NCBI GenBank assembly: GCA_028534125.1
Contig: CM052816.1
Location: 87,050,001-87,114,000, forward strand
DNA length: 64,000 nucleotides
Source of the DNA: Lama glama
Lineage: Eukaryota
Direction of reading: 5' to 3'
Shown: positions 1 through 13,514 of the stretch, one piece after another
Position numbering within the stretch: position 1 is the first letter of the stretch
Layout: the number at the start of each line of letters is the position of its first letter
Made by a program: the position numbers and the translations under genes
Notes under the pieces: model-generated
Told to the model about the DNA's origin: nothing
What the model saw: only the letters and a program-made list of their open reading frames with translations
Databases searched by the model: none

Positions 1-185
1 GAGTAAGGATGTTACTATCTCAGTAGGACTAATTGATCCTGGTCATGAGAAGGAGGCAGGAAGGTTGTTCCGCAGCGAGGACAGGAAACAGCACACTTAA
101 CATCCCCGCTTGGCACCACCTGGGCATATCCTCTGGGTATCTCTTACCCAATTTTGGTATCAAAGGCACATTACCCTTTGGTCTT
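1..185 (+). mobile_element. Decayed ERVL/MaLR-type internal fragment (dUTPase-like region), truncated by window start
   Basis: 'aattgatcctggtcatgagaaggaggcagg...ctctgggtatctcttacccaattttgg' resembles the 3' internal region of ERVL/MLT1-int consensus; lies just upstream of an LTR16-like LTR. Confidence 0.5.
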
Positions 186-299
186 GAAGTCTCATTCACT
201 TAGCCACTGAGTGTTTTGGTGACTGTCATCTTTCTACTGATGTCAGTAGAAAAGTTCCATTCTATACGATTGTCCTAAGGCAAAGAAAGCTACTGTACC

Positions 300-586
300 C
301 CCCCGAAAAATACCTTTTCCCTGGGACACTCAGCATCAAGTGACTGGTTGCTGTGAAGGAGTGAATGCCTAGTCCCCTACCTCAAAGTAGAGATACTCCG
401 AAGGGCCACCCAAGCAGAGCTGCCTAAGGGATTGGCCATGGCCCCCACTGAGACCACATCACAGTTCAAAGCCTCCCTTTGCCCAGTCCACTTCCTCCAT
501 GACCTATACAAGTACTAATTCTCAACTAAATTCTTAGATGCAAACTTCCAACTCCAAGTCTATTTCCTAGGAAATTCTATCTGATA
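300..586 (+). mobile_element. LTR16-family ERVL LTR
   Basis: 'tgactggttg...ccctacctcaaa...ctccgaagggccaccca...gggattggc...acatcacagttcaaagcctccctttgcccagtcc...gtctatttcctaggaa' follows the LTR16A-type consensus. Confidence 0.7.
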
Positions 587-909
587 TTTGGATAATGTGA
601 GTTTTCATCCAGAAAACAAAACTTGACCAAAATAAGACCCTGTTCTAAGTAATTCAACAGGCAACAGCAATTGACCGTTTCCTCTGATTGTGCACCAGAC
701 AGGGCATTGGTATATTCAGATTAAAATAATAAATTTAGGCGTCATAATATGGTAGACTGTAGGATTAAGTATTTCAAAGTAAGAGGTTCAATACCTGTGA
801 ATCTGTTACCTTTATTCTGCTTCAAAATGCAGCTCAGTGATGGCATTTGTCACACGAGGACAGTGGGAAAGAGTATGCAGAATGTGGTCATTTTCATTGC
901 CATGACCAC

Positions 910-930
910 AAAAAAAAAAAAAAAAAAAAA
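910..930. repeat. poly(A) tract (A21)
   Basis: Uninterrupted A run. Confidence 0.95.
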
Positions 931-2274
931 GAAAAGTCTTATGTTAGTGGCTTCTGTCTTACAGAAAAGTGACAGCCACATTTCTGAGGGGAGTCAAAAG
1001 TACAAAAACCATGAAAATACTTTAAGAAATAGAACCACTCTTGAAAGTATGAGCTATCAAAAATATTTAAAAACATAACTACAAAAATATGCATTTCTTT
1101 CTTCAACTTATTAAACAGCAACCTAATGTCTTATTAAGTGCACTAAGCCTCTCCAGCTATCTGACTTTTTTTAGGGGCCCATTCCCTGCAAAAAGAAGAA
1201 AGAAAAATAAATTAGAGCATTCAGTTCAAGTTTTCTTACTTAAAATAATTGTCCCAGTCAATTTTAGGGGATTATTTTAGTCAGAAGATATTTTAAAAAT
1301 CATTGTTAACTTGATAAAATTGGAGATAACTATATATCCCTTTTATTCTTATTTGATAACTAAGTATAAAAGTCCCAAAAGCCATTTGCTAACTGTGGCT
1401 TAATACGATTGTTTTTCTTAACTGCAAAGTTTACAGATTCTGCTTAATTAAAAAGAAAAATACAGTATCGACAATATACTTACTGAATTCATGAATATTG
1501 GAACCCAAAGCACTCATTAAGCTATTAGTAAAAAATAAATTCCACAGATGTGATAGAGGAAATGCAGCTCAAATTGTCCTGGTGGAAAAAACCTTGAGAT
1601 AATTAGGATTAGATTATGGAGGCTTGAGATAATGAGGGTGGAACTAGCATTGCAGGAGATGATCCTGAACATCAAGTCCCTTGGCTGCGAAGCAAGGATT
1701 GGACAGCTGCTGGCCAGAGTCCAGGAGGTCAGAATCAGCCAACTGTGTCTTTAGCCAGCAGTGGTGAGTGACATCCCCTTCCCCAAGCACAAAGGACAGC
1801 GAAAGGTTAGAAAGTCTTATCTGTCCAACTGAAATACATGTGGAAATTCCCCCATAGACTCTGCCTTACTCTAGATGTTAAACCTTAGGGCAAGCAGATG
1901 GTGATTCTGTTAAATAGCTTGCATTAGGGAATCCATTCTTTTGCAAAAAAAAAAAAATCACAAATAATATCTTAGTACTATACAGTGTGGTTTAGGTTAC
2001 TATTATTTTAAAGCATGAATAACTTAGATATAACTTTTTTTTAAATAATACCACAAATTATGCAGTCTTGTTGAAAATAATTTAGAAGCACTGTTTCTGA
2101 AAATTATGGCAGTTGATTCTAAACAACTAAATTAGCCGATCCCATTAGAATGGATTTTCTTTCAGGTGGGGATCCTGGGATGGTCAGAAAGAAGTCCTAG
2201 TGTATTATTTAATGTTATTAAAACATTTAATGCACCACTAAAATAGTAGCAAAAGTTTCTTAATACCTCTCAGG

Positions 2275-2570
2275 TAGTGAAAGTAGCAGGCTGGCTTAGT
2301 TAGAAGGGGCTGCTGGACTGGAGAGCAGTGCTGTGTTTGCAGCCAAGGTCACAGCTGATCCCAGCGCCTCTGGAGTGTGGCTGGTCCCTCAGAATCAGGC
2401 CTGGAGGTTAGTTCTCAGCCTCTACAGCTTCTCCTCCTTCACTCACTGGATGTGCACAGCTGCCTAGAAAAGAGCAAGGCTTTGGACACGGTAACGCTTC
2501 TGTGCTAAGGAAGTTTCCTGGAGAGAATTTCATCTGGCAGCTGGTAGCTGGTCGCTACCACTACTCCCAA
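2275..2570 (-). mobile_element. LTR16-family ERVL LTR (reverse)
   Basis: 'aaggtcacagctgatccca...ctctggagtgtggctggtccctcagaat...cactcactggatgtgcacagctgcc...ttcctggagag' matches reverse-complemented LTR16. Confidence 0.6.
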
Positions 2571-2949
2571 TATGAAGTTTCAATAATTTACTTTATACAA
2601 ACCCAGAATTCACCGTACCGACTTCACAATACAATTTAAAATGCAAAATAAAAGATTAAATACCATTTGCCTATTTAGATATGCATCATAAGAACTTTGG
2701 GACAACCATCAGATATTTTGTAATTTTAGAAAATGCTCTAGATCTTATTATTTTTTAATTTGCTATGAGAGTTCTTTCAATGTAACAAGTAAGGACAAAA
2801 TAATTGCCCATTTTTGTCAATTGTCAATTTTATTCAATACTGAAAGTATACTTCCTATGTTAGTAGAATATAATATTTTATGTACTCACTTGTTTGTAAT
2901 CTGCAGATATATTTACTTTCCAACAACTCTAAAATCTCTAGGGTTAATA

Positions 2950-3700
2950 AGGCAACTTAGAGTGGAAGCTAGGAAATTAGATAAGAAAATTTCTTGAAAA
3001 ATTTTAATGTATATAAGCAATAAAATCATAATATTAGGAATAGAATGATTTCTATTTGGAGATTTTTTTGACAGAATTGACAGGAAGGTATAAGGAAAAA
3101 TACTTAAAATAAAATCAAAAAACATTTGAAATTTCTGGCTTGATTGCCTGGATATGTTGTGATTTTCTAACTGAAAGGTATTAGGGGAAAATGAAAGGGT
3201 TTGGGCATTTGAGCTGGAATAGTAGAGCAGGCTCTTTTGAGTACAAGCAGAAGACTACATAGCAGAAGATGGAAATCAGTATTAGAAGTGTATTTTGAGA
3301 TATAATAACTGTGAGAGTGAATACTCAACAGGAAGAAAATACACTGTGAGAAAAAATTATATTCCAGAGGCTGGCTGGATATTTCATGGCTAGTGCAGAA
3401 AAAAATAAAATGAACAAACTTAAAATGCACGTGAGAAGCAACAACAAACAAAACTGAAGCAATATTCAGTCAAAGAAACATAATTAGATTGGAAACAGTT
3501 TTGTGAACACCAAGAGAGTAGGAATTTATATGAGGTAGAATTTATCAATGGTATCCAAATAATATGGAAAAGTCAAGAGGAATCTTTACTAGGAGAAAAA
3601 AAGCCTTAAATGTTCAGATTACAAATACAGGCATCCCAGATATGCAGGTTGATTCTGAAAGCAGTAGTGCTGCTCTGAGGAAAGAGGCTAAAGTGAAGTA
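2950..3700 (-). mobile_element. L2 fragment, highly diverged
   Basis: Purine-rich plus strand with L2-antisense phrases ('atttctggcttgattgcctggatatg', 'tttgggcatttgag', 'aagtcaagagg'). Confidence 0.5.
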
Positions 3701-3729
3701 TGTCTAGGACGTGTTTTAATACCTCCTCC

Positions 3730-4317
3730 TGAGAGGTGGGCGGAATTCAAGAAGTGCTCCCCACGACATTTTCAACATTTTGATGAATATCATGCTCATA
3801 AATATATTATTTTACATAACCCCAGGGACTTGGCAAATGTAAATCAGTTGACCTTACAATTGGGTAATTGCTCTGGCCCCATGTAATCACATTAGCTTTT
3901 TTAAAGTGGAATACTTTCTCCAGCAGGTAGCAGAAGGGGAATTAACAGAGATTTAAAATGTGAGAAAGACTAAACACACAGATGCTGGCTGTGAAGACAG
4001 AGTAGGTGTTGTGAGGAAGACTACAGGAGGTCTCTATTGGCCGACATTCAACAAGGAAAATGGACCAACAGTTGACTAGAACTGGATTCTGACATTGACC
4101 TGAATGAGCCTGGAAGCAGATTCTACTCCAGAGCCTCTTGATAGAAGTTTAGCCTGTGGTCAACACCCTGATTTCGGCTTTATGGATGTCCTGAAAGTAG
4201 AACCTAGCTGAGCTTACCTAGACTTTGGACCTACAGAACTCTAAGCTAATAAATGAGTGCTGCTTGAAGCATCAAATTTATGGTTATTTGTTTTTGCAGC
4301 AATAGAAAACTAATACA
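3730..4317 (+). mobile_element. MLT1E-type MaLR LTR
   Basis: 'acctgaatgagcctggaagcagattct...gacctacagaact...aataaatgagtgctgc...tgcagcaatagaaaactaataca' is the canonical MLT1D/E 3' half. Confidence 0.85.
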
Positions 4318-4699
4318 CCCTGCAAACTAATAGAGCAAAACTATCCCAAATGTGTGGAGTAGCATCCCAACCAACACAAAATATGATTTCTCCAAAGTAG
4401 ACATTGTGAACAATCCTCAGCTGTGAATAATGAACTTGTTCCTGATGTGACCCAGATACGTATTCATTAAATTCAGCACAGGTCTAATTTAAGGATGAAA
4501 TGTATTGCATTCAGAACTGTTGCTTCAGATGAGCATTTGTGTTTATATATACTTATGCACATCTACATTCAAAGCCTAATTTCTCATTAATTTCTCATAT
4601 TCAGGATCAATGTAATCCTTCACTCCTGGAACTTAATCTGCATTTACTTCTGATTCTTATTGTTTTCTGTCATATATTACACCAATTTGTTTAAGTAGA

Positions 4700-4895
4700 A
4701 TTCTGAATCTGGATTTAAATCCAGTTTCAACAATGTTAACCATACACACTTGAAGTTAGCATTTGGTATCCTCATTATATACCAGTTTGCTTATATATAA
4801 TGAAGATAATCATAAATTATGCTAAGGGTTGTTGATCTAAATAAATGAGGCAATGTGTCCGAGATCACTGAGCCTAGCATCTAACACTTAAAGTA
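4700..4895 (+). mobile_element. MIR SINE
   Basis: 'ctggatttaaatccag...cagtttgcttatatataatgaagataat...agggttgttg...aaatgaggcaatgtgt' MIR core. Confidence 0.6.
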
Positions 4896-5179
4896 TGTGA
4901 AAATTATCTGAGAAATCTGAATTTTGCCAAAGATAGACATGTTGATTTAGTCATTTCTGATTCCTCCATGGCATTCACCAGGCTTAGTTATTGTAAGTTC
5001 AAGGATTTTTTTCAAGTTTTTATTTTCTTTCAACATATTTGACAAAAATAATCTTATAAAATCTTCAAGCAACAGAAAATAGCCTAGCATATAAAAAAAT
5101 GCAAAAATCTTTAAGAGATACCCACTTAATAACTTGTTACATATTTTTAAATATAAGCTGTTTGGAATTTGTGGAAGGA

Positions 5180-5635
5180 GAGTCCACAACTGAACATGGT
5201 TGGATTCTGGCTGATGAAAAATAACTATTAATAATTTTTGACAAATCACTGAAATTCAAATATGTAGTACAAATTGGATAATAGTATTTTGTGTTGTATT
5301 TCCTGATTTTTATAGCAATACATGGATACATGAGAGAATAACATTGTTCTTAAGCTGAGCACCATGAATTCTTTAGGGATAAAGAGGCATGATATCTCTA
5401 ACTTACTCTCAAATGATTCAAGAAAAAAAAAGTTGCACACCAATACACATAAATGGATAAATAAAAAAACAAAAAGACAAGAATAGAGAGAGAGAGTTAA
5501 AAAAGAGAGAGGATGATAAATTAGGTGGGACAAAATATAAACAATTGATATATTTAGGTAAAGGGTCTCTAGGAGACTCTTGTACTAACCTTGCAACTTT
5601 TCTGTTAGAATTAGATTAAAATATTATAAAAGAAT
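5180..5635 (+). mobile_element. L1MC4/5-type 3' end
   Basis: 'ttcctgattttt...tttagggataaagaggcatgatatctctaacttactctcaaatgattcaag...tcttgtactaaccttgcaacttttctg' matches the L1MC4 3' UTR. Confidence 0.75.
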
Positions 5636-7099
5636 GAGACATTCCATATAAAATATATAGTAATATACAACAGATATATATAACTTACTAATATATAATG
5701 ATGATTGATAGGAAATTCTAAAAATCATTATCACAAATGTTTAACTAGTAAAATGTTATGAATATGATGATTAATACAAAAATATAAATGATTGAAAGAC
5801 CAAAGTGATTTGTTACATTATACCACTATGGAATAATGAAATATACTGTTATGTGAAATTGTCATAAAACTCAAAATCTTGTAGTGTTTTATTCATGCCT
5901 TACAGTTCTCCACCTTTTGGGAGTTGGTGGGATAACTAATGACCTAGAAGGCAACATGGGGTCCTCTGCTCTATTAGTCATTTTGAGAAGCCATTTTAAT
6001 GGTTCAAGGGCCTCCAAGTCAGCCAGTCAAGAGAGTCTCCAGGTCACTAATTGAACAAAACTAGTCATCTAAGTTACTTTATATGAACGTCACATGCTAC
6101 TAACAATATCCGTCATATTTGGTTGTTATAGACATATATTCTTAATTCTCAACATAGATTTTTCTATAATGTTTGTATTTCCAGAGACTATAACTTACAA
6201 TTGTCTACTGACAACTATTGTAAAGTTTCCAGGGAGTGGGAGTTGAAAGAAAGAAAGATAAGAATTACTTGCAAAATAGGAATGATACTGCTTTTGAAGA
6301 TATTTTGTTACATAATTGAATTACATCAGAACTACAAGTGTGTTATTAAACATCTCTTTGGCCACTGGCTCATCAGCATTGTGCCTTCAGTTTGCATTGT
6401 CGCATTGGAAACTGGTTATTAGGGTCATTAGGGCATTTTAGTGTTTTTAGGCAGCCTTTTGTATGGAAAGGATACTGGTCAGAATTTGTAAATAACAGAT
6501 TTATTTTTATTATTTCTTTCATTAGTCAACAGTCTGTTCAAATTTAGTTTTACCACATGCTTTCATCAAGAGGGTAGAAATTTTAAACGTAAAGTGCTAC
6601 ATGCAGATGGACCTCTGCTTTCTTTTTACTCGTTTAAAAATTTTCCTTTCTATTTTATATGACATTGACTGCCTGTATTGTTATAAGCTCTTTAAAATCC
6701 ATTTTATAATGAGATAGAGTGGAACAGAAACAAAGCCTGTCACTACTTGTCTCGGTATAGCACCACAAAGCCAGTTTACCATGTCTCATCAACAGCACGA
6801 CTTTTCAGATGGAATATATGTCCTTGAAGACCACACAAACACCTCCCTTATGGAAGCATCAAGTTTTCTTAAATCCTGCTTCTGTCCACATAATAACTAC
6901 ATCATTTAGTATATATTCCCAAGAAATGTACATCCACTGCATCCATGACCACTTTCTCATATTAATAGTAGACAGAAGCTATTCTGAACAGCAGAAGTTA
7001 GGTTATGAATATTAAACATAACCTAAGACATTTATAGACAAATAGTACATCACTGCATAATTACTTTTCTGTATTTATACATTTTAATATAATTTATTT

Positions 7100-7667
7100 C
7101 TTTTTTTAATTGAAGTACAGTTGATTTACAATGCTGTGTTAATTTCTGATGTACAGCATACAGTTATACACATATATATTCGTTTTCATATTCTTTTTCA
7201 TTATAGGCCATTATGAGATATTGAATATAGTTCCTTGTGCTATACAGTTGGACCTTGTTGTTTATCTACTTTATATGTAGCTAATATCTACAAATCCCAG
7301 ACTCCTAATGTATGCTTCCCTACACTTTTTCCCCCCAGGAAACCATAAGTTTGTTTCCTATGTCTGTGAGTCTGTTTCTGTTTTGTAAGCAAATCCATTT
7401 GTGTTTTTTTTTTTAATTTTTAATTTTTAGATTCCACATGAAAGTGATAGCATATGGTATTTTTCTTTCTCTTTCTGGCTTACTTCACTTAGTATGATGA
7501 TCTCCAGCTCCATCCACATTACTGCAAATGGCATTAGTTTATTCTTTTTATGACTGAGTAGTATTCCATTATATAAATATACTAAGGCTTCTTTAGCCAG
7601 TCATCTGTCGATGGACATTTAGGTTACTTTCATATCTTGACTACTGCAAACAGTGCACTATAGACAC
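7100..7667 (-). mobile_element. Cetartiodactyl/camelid L1, 5'-truncated 3' end
   Basis: poly(T) then 'aattgaagtacagttgatttacaatg...ttccttgtgctatacagt...agattccacatg...ggcttacttcacttagtatga...gatggacatttagg'. Confidence 0.9.
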
Positions 7668-10600
7668 TTTTTATACTGTAATTTTTGTCTCTTTTGAATC
7701 TACAGTCATATATATTTTACATTACTCATCTACTTACAGTTGGAAACTGCCTCCTTTTCTCGAGTCAAAATACATGCTAAGTTTAAATTTCATAATCCTC
7801 CCCTAAAGAAAGGAAAACATAGGTATGTAAAAGCCCTATTACTTTCTTGTTATATCTGACTAATGGAATGCCAGGATGTCAAATAAGAATGCTCTCTGAA
7901 ACTAGTGGAAGAATCATTTGGTCTATGAAGACATTTGTTATAATTATAAGTGGATATGACTCTAATCATCTTTGTTTCAGAGCACCCTTAGGAAGCAAAA
8001 GATTAGCCCTATTTTCTATTCCAAGATTCTTGATACACTGGCTATAAAACATTTCTATTTCATGCTAGATATGTGTTCCATGTTGAAAGCACTGACTTGG
8101 AGATGGTTGGCTAGGGTTGATTCCATTAGTTGTGGGATATAGAACACTAGGTTCCAGCCTAATTTTTCTGAACTCAGTGGGACTTTACAATTTTGTAAAA
8201 GTATCAAAGTACTTTAATGTTGTAAGTTAAATTATCTGTATATAATTATGCCAATTTGTCTCAAAATTAAATAATTTTAGTAAATCTACTGTGCCATTAC
8301 TGGCCTTCAATGCACAATTTTGATATCATATAATACAACAATAAAACAGAAATATGTTCTGTTTTAAGATTTTGAAGACCATTAGAATCCTCATTCTTTA
8401 GAACAAGATGAATGTTCAGCAGCACCCCCTGTTTCCTCCTTGAGATGATGGAATTGTGTTCCTGCTCTTCATTTTCGATGACAGGCACTTTATAGGATAT
8501 AACACTATTTTGAGAAAGCTGCTGTCATTTTACTCTGCACATTCAGGTTGCATAAACTGCTAACTTTAATGATGCAGTATTTCCTTTGTAAAATTATCTT
8601 TTATGCTGGATGAACTGGTCATTAATTTCACTGTAAAGACATAATTTGTACATTTTAATGTATTTTTCAACCAATTTATTTGTGTGAGCATAACAGCTGG
8701 TAGCTCTTGAAAGAAGGCAAGATAGTAAAAACCCTACCTGAGTTCCATAATTTCTTTGATTTCTCTCCCTTATCACATAAAATCCAGCTTTAAAGTTTTA
8801 TTTCTTTGTTATGCCAGCACCATAGTTATTTTGTGTACAAATACATCCATGGCGTATGAAGGTTACATTGGTGGAGCAATTACACCAGATTGCACAATAG
8901 TTTGTTAATGCTCTATTACTTTTGCATGCAAATAGCTAAAATGAAGAGCCTGAAATTCAGTCATTTTAGCTGTACATCTCCAATTTAATTTACTCTTTTT
9001 AAGAGTTTGCTCATCTACATTTTTACTACAAATATTTCTCATTTTCTTTAATTTCTCTATCTCAGTTTCAGTTCAATATTCCTGAGCACACTGGTTCATG
9101 AGTATATGAAAAAAGAGACTGATGAAACCAAAAAGGTTGAAAACACTCTTATTTTCTGCAAATCCTGCACATGTATTTAAATAAAGTCTTCAATATATAT
9201 TGGAGCAAAAGTTTAAAAATAGCAAAAGCAGGACAAATATCTAATAAAAATAAGTTAACTCAATGTAATATCTACCAAGGAAAGTATATTCTGTAGAAAA
9301 TAAATTGAATTGCAAGATTGAAAGAATTTATTATAAAAATACCATCCATTTTTCTCTTGTGTTACTTCCTTTATAAGCAAATTGAATAGGGACCAAGTTA
9401 TTTACTTAATTCTGTTTGGAAAAAAAATTGCTTCTCATTGTAAGCTCAGTATTTATTTAGATGCCTTTCAACACAGTGGAAAAACATTAAACCAAAATAG
9501 TCCACCTCGAGTCAAGGGGAAAAGAACATGTCTATATTGTCATCAGAGAAACGCTTACCAGTGAATTCAAGGATGCACATTTATCAGCAGTTAAATCATG
9601 CTGAGTACTTAGGTTTTTTAACTCACTGGATCGTATCAAATTGCATTGCCAAGGAACATTTCTGAGCATAAAGTTGTAATAATTTAAAAAACAGTGATTC
9701 TTCTTCAAGAATCAAAAGCACAGTATTTTAGTTGTTAGGAAATAACTTATTTGTATTTCTTTTAAGTAAAGCCCTTAGTAGTGTAAAAGTATCCATGAGA
9801 AGTCGAAAGGGTGAGTTTGAAACCTAGTGATGAAATGCGATCGTTATACCCTTTGTTGCCCTTGGCTCTTGGCCTTTCACACCCACCTGATAAAATAATA
9901 AGTAGAATTATTTGATTATTAAATGCATTATAATATGTGTGTTCCCCGAGCTATGGAAGCTATGGAAGCAGGTGTTGCTAATAAATGTCACGATGTTGCA
10001 TAAAACAGAATTCCAGTTAAATCGTGGAGCCCAAGCAGAAATTGACGCTACCTCGAACACAAAATGGGAAACTCACCATTCATCACCACAGCACACGAAA
10101 GTGTATATTTATCCAAAAATAATATCAAGCTTAGCAGGTGATACAGATACAGAGTACTCAGATAGAGAAGGGGAGCCATAGGTGGCCTTCACATAGTAGA
10201 GTGAAAACACAGAAATGTAGATATCCAGAATACAGGACCAAAAAATGTGGCTTGGCTACACATAAAACACATTTAGTTTATGCTGTCTCAAAATTATCAT
10301 GAATTTCTTGTCAGCCTTTTATGTAAAATGTAGATTATTGTAGGAGTCCATTCATTACCCACAATTTTTAACTACTTATTTAGAGAAAATATATTTTAAA
10401 GTTTTTTTTTCCTTTTCCCCAAAATTCCAAGATTCTCTCATTAAGGCATCGAGGTAGGAAGACAGATTTTGCACACCCCAGTCCTCCACACTCTTGGCCT
10501 CATATCCACGACAGCTACCAAAAAAGAAGTACTGTAAAGGTGAAGAGCCAGTAGACAGCCTGCCTGATGGTGGATTACAGAGCAGGTGGCCAGAGCAGGC

Positions 10601-10789
10601 TCCTTCTTGACTCATCAACTGAGCGGTATTGACATTGAACTTGCCCTGAAATTTCCCTCTGGGCAGATGTTTATAACAAGTAGGGGTTGAGCACTGTTGG
10701 GGAAGAATAGCTGTGGATGCTGACTGTATTAACTGGGCAGAGGTGAAACTTACAGGCCTGATTTTGGCTACAGTTAGGGCTTTCTTTTC

Positions 10790-11049
10790 AATCTTTCCAG
10801 ATGTCTAGATTCGCAAGAGAACATTTAATCTATTCTTTTTTGGGGAGGGGGGCTATTTTAAGCCATCACTTTCCCTTAAAAAGCACCCTTAAATACCACC
10901 ATACTGTTACAAGCTATTTACTAAAAGCCTGTCAGCTTTCACCATCACTTGCTCAAAGTTCTTCCAGCTTCTACTCACTCTCTGGTTCCAATACCAGCCT
11001 TACGTGTTAGGTTTTCGTTACAGCAGCCTGACGCTCTCATTCCTAAAAT
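10790..11049 (-). mobile_element. MLT1-int fragment adjoining LTR
   Basis: 'cttccagcttctactcactctctggttccaatacc...taggttttcgttacagcagc...aaaatc' is the MaLR internal sequence bordering the 5' LTR. Confidence 0.6.
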
Positions 11050-11603
11050 CTTAATTACTGCTGCATGACAAATTACTCAAAAATTGAGCAGCTTAGAAAA
11101 TAAATACTGATTCCTCCCAGTTTCTGTGAGTCAGGAATTCAGGAGTGGCTTAGCAGGATGGTTCTGACTTAGATCTCATGAAGTTACAGCCAAGATGTAA
11201 CCAGGGCTGCAGGTTCCAGAAGGCTCGGCTGCAGGTGAAGAAACTGCTTCTGTGATGATTCCCACACATCACTGGTGGCTGGAGGCCACAGCTCTTTGTT
11301 GGCTGTTTTTAGGGGGCCTTGATTTCTCACCTCATGCACCTCCCTATGGGGACGTTGAGTATCTTCATGATACAGCAGTTGACTTTCCCCAGAGAGAGCC
11401 GCCTAAGAGACAGAAGGAAAGAGAGGGAAAGCCCTAGAAAATGCCCTTTCTGACCTGGCTTCAGCAGTGATATGTCGCCACTTCTTCCATGTTCTGTTGG
11501 TCCCAGGACTGACCCAGATACAGTACATGAGGAGACTAGACAAGGGCATGAATGCCCAGAGGTGGGAATTACATGGGACCGTCTTGAAGGGTTGCTGCCA
11601 AAA
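11050..11603 (-). mobile_element. MLT1F-type MaLR LTR
   Basis: 'cagtttctgtgagtcaggaattcaggagtggcttagc...gagtatcttcatgatacagcag...caagggcatgaatgcccagagg'. Confidence 0.85.
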
Positions 11604-12270
11604 GCTCCTTCATGTTCTTATCCCCTGGGAAAAAGGGTGGAGCTCTGTGCATTCTTACTTTTTCTACAAACCAATGAGCACTTTTAAATACGTGCTACAG
11701 CATACTTTGTATATATTACTACAAGGTTTATCTTCCCTTCTCTAGTTAAGTGTCCTTATGTCTCCAATCACTAACGACGTCCTTCAGATCAAAAAGTAAT
11801 TCTTGGAGAAGAAGGGCTCTTCTAAAGATGTGCTCATGCAAATCAAAGTCTGGACTCCTAGCATTTGAGAACTGGTTGGTTACTCACCTCCTGGCTGGAC
11901 GCATCCCTTCTCCCCTACTGCGATGTAGTCTGTAGAAAATATGCGGCTTTTGTTGTTGTTGTTTAGACTTTTTGTCTTCTTTCCATATTATAGCTGGTCC
12001 TGTTTTCTCTTCCTTAGAACTACCTCCAGCATCCATTACTCATCACCTCTCCTTACTGCTCTAGTCACACAGCAGCATTTACCACCGAGACTATGCCTGT
12101 AGCCTCCTATGTAGTCTCCTATATCCGCCCCTTTTTCTCCTTCCAGTGGGCAGGTTACTGGCTTTGTTGTTGTTGTTGAACATGTTGCATAACATCTCTT
12201 CTCTGCTCACTGTCCCCCAAGCTTCCCACATGATAACGTTTGATAGCTTACCTGTGCATACATGATTCCT

Positions 12271-12290
12271 ACACACACACACACACACAC
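12271..12290. repeat. (AC)10 microsatellite
   Basis: Direct reading. Confidence 0.95.
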
Positions 12291-12379
12291 TATGTTACCG
12301 TTCTTTATTCATGGAGCACTTTCTACCTCAGCATCTTTCTCCAGGTATATCAGTCTTTATGTTATTTCTCTACACAAAA

Positions 12380-12712
12380 ACATCCGTGCTTTGAGGTTCT
12401 CTTGCTGCTACCCCTGCCTGGACCCACTTCCACCAGAATGTGTCACTCCAGCCTCTGCGTCTCTGTCCAGCATGACGTTAACAGAGCGGCCTCCTCTAAC
12501 CATGCCATCCTATAAAGCACTGCATCTCCTTATCCCCCCTTTCTGCTTCCCTAGAATTATTTTTCCTCCTAAACCATTTGGCCACCAGACATACTATATA
12601 TTTATTTTCTGATTTAATTATTTTATCTTCTTAATAGAAGCTATGCTCCATCAAAGTAGGGACTATTGTGGACTTTTCTGTTCTCAGCAGAAGAACATTT
12701 CCTAGAATGTCC
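12380..12712 (+). mobile_element. L2a 3' region
   Basis: 'cttgctgctacccctgcctgga...gacatactatatatttatt...tagaagctatgctccatcaaagtagggact...cctagaat'. Confidence 0.75.
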
Positions 12713-13514
12713 CACTCTTTGCTCAGCATCCAATGAAGCAGCACCATCATTATTTTCCAAAATCAGTGACAGTTTTCATTGAGATTGAAAATAGAGCAAG
12801 GCAGAGTCTGAAGTCAGGGTGTACCTTTCTGATCCATACATGCTTCTCTAAACCCCTGATTATTTAAAAAGTAAGTAAAAGCAGATGTGAGAAAAGAACA
12901 GAGAACAATCTACTATTAGTCATGGGTTTCTGTTTAAATACATGTTGTACTATGTAACACTGTGTGTGGTTTTGCATCCACAATACATTTCATTTCTTAA
13001 AGAAAGTCTCTAAAACCAGCCATAAATAGTTAGACTTTTGAGAGTGATATTTTTGAAGCACAGAAATGCATCTGATATACTATTAAATTTCAATAAAGAA
13101 TCTTCTGTCAAAATGCTTTTCTCTGACAGATTCTACCTCCCTGTTTTTTTCAGTTGGACTTTTTTGTGGTTGATTGTTTTCTTTAACTTAAATTTGCATT
13201 TCTGTCACTTACCCATGTAATATTTGGTTCCTGTAACTACTGAATCCGGTAACCATCTAACATCCTGCTCTAGGCTGAAACAGACAAGAAAGTTTGGGGA
13301 ACTGCTGTCTATAACTTCACATCTTTCTAGTTTAACTTTTGATTCATGTTTAAAGTGCTTCTAAATATTTGAAAATGGTTCTTCTCCCTGGAGTGCTGTT
13401 TGACCAGCTAAACATTTATTTTGAGTTAAATCTTCATAACAAGGACCTATCCAGATAAGCATTCCTGTTATCTGCAGTTAAATTTGTAACCACGGAAGCA
13501 ATGTTCATTTCTCA

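Noticed and set aside
749..1078. 109-aa ORF with poly-lysine
   Set aside because: The lysine run is just the A21 tract; no domain, codon bias or exon context.
12240..12612. Overlapping 91-aa and 116-aa ORFs
   Set aside because: Built from an (AC)n repeat and L2a sequence.
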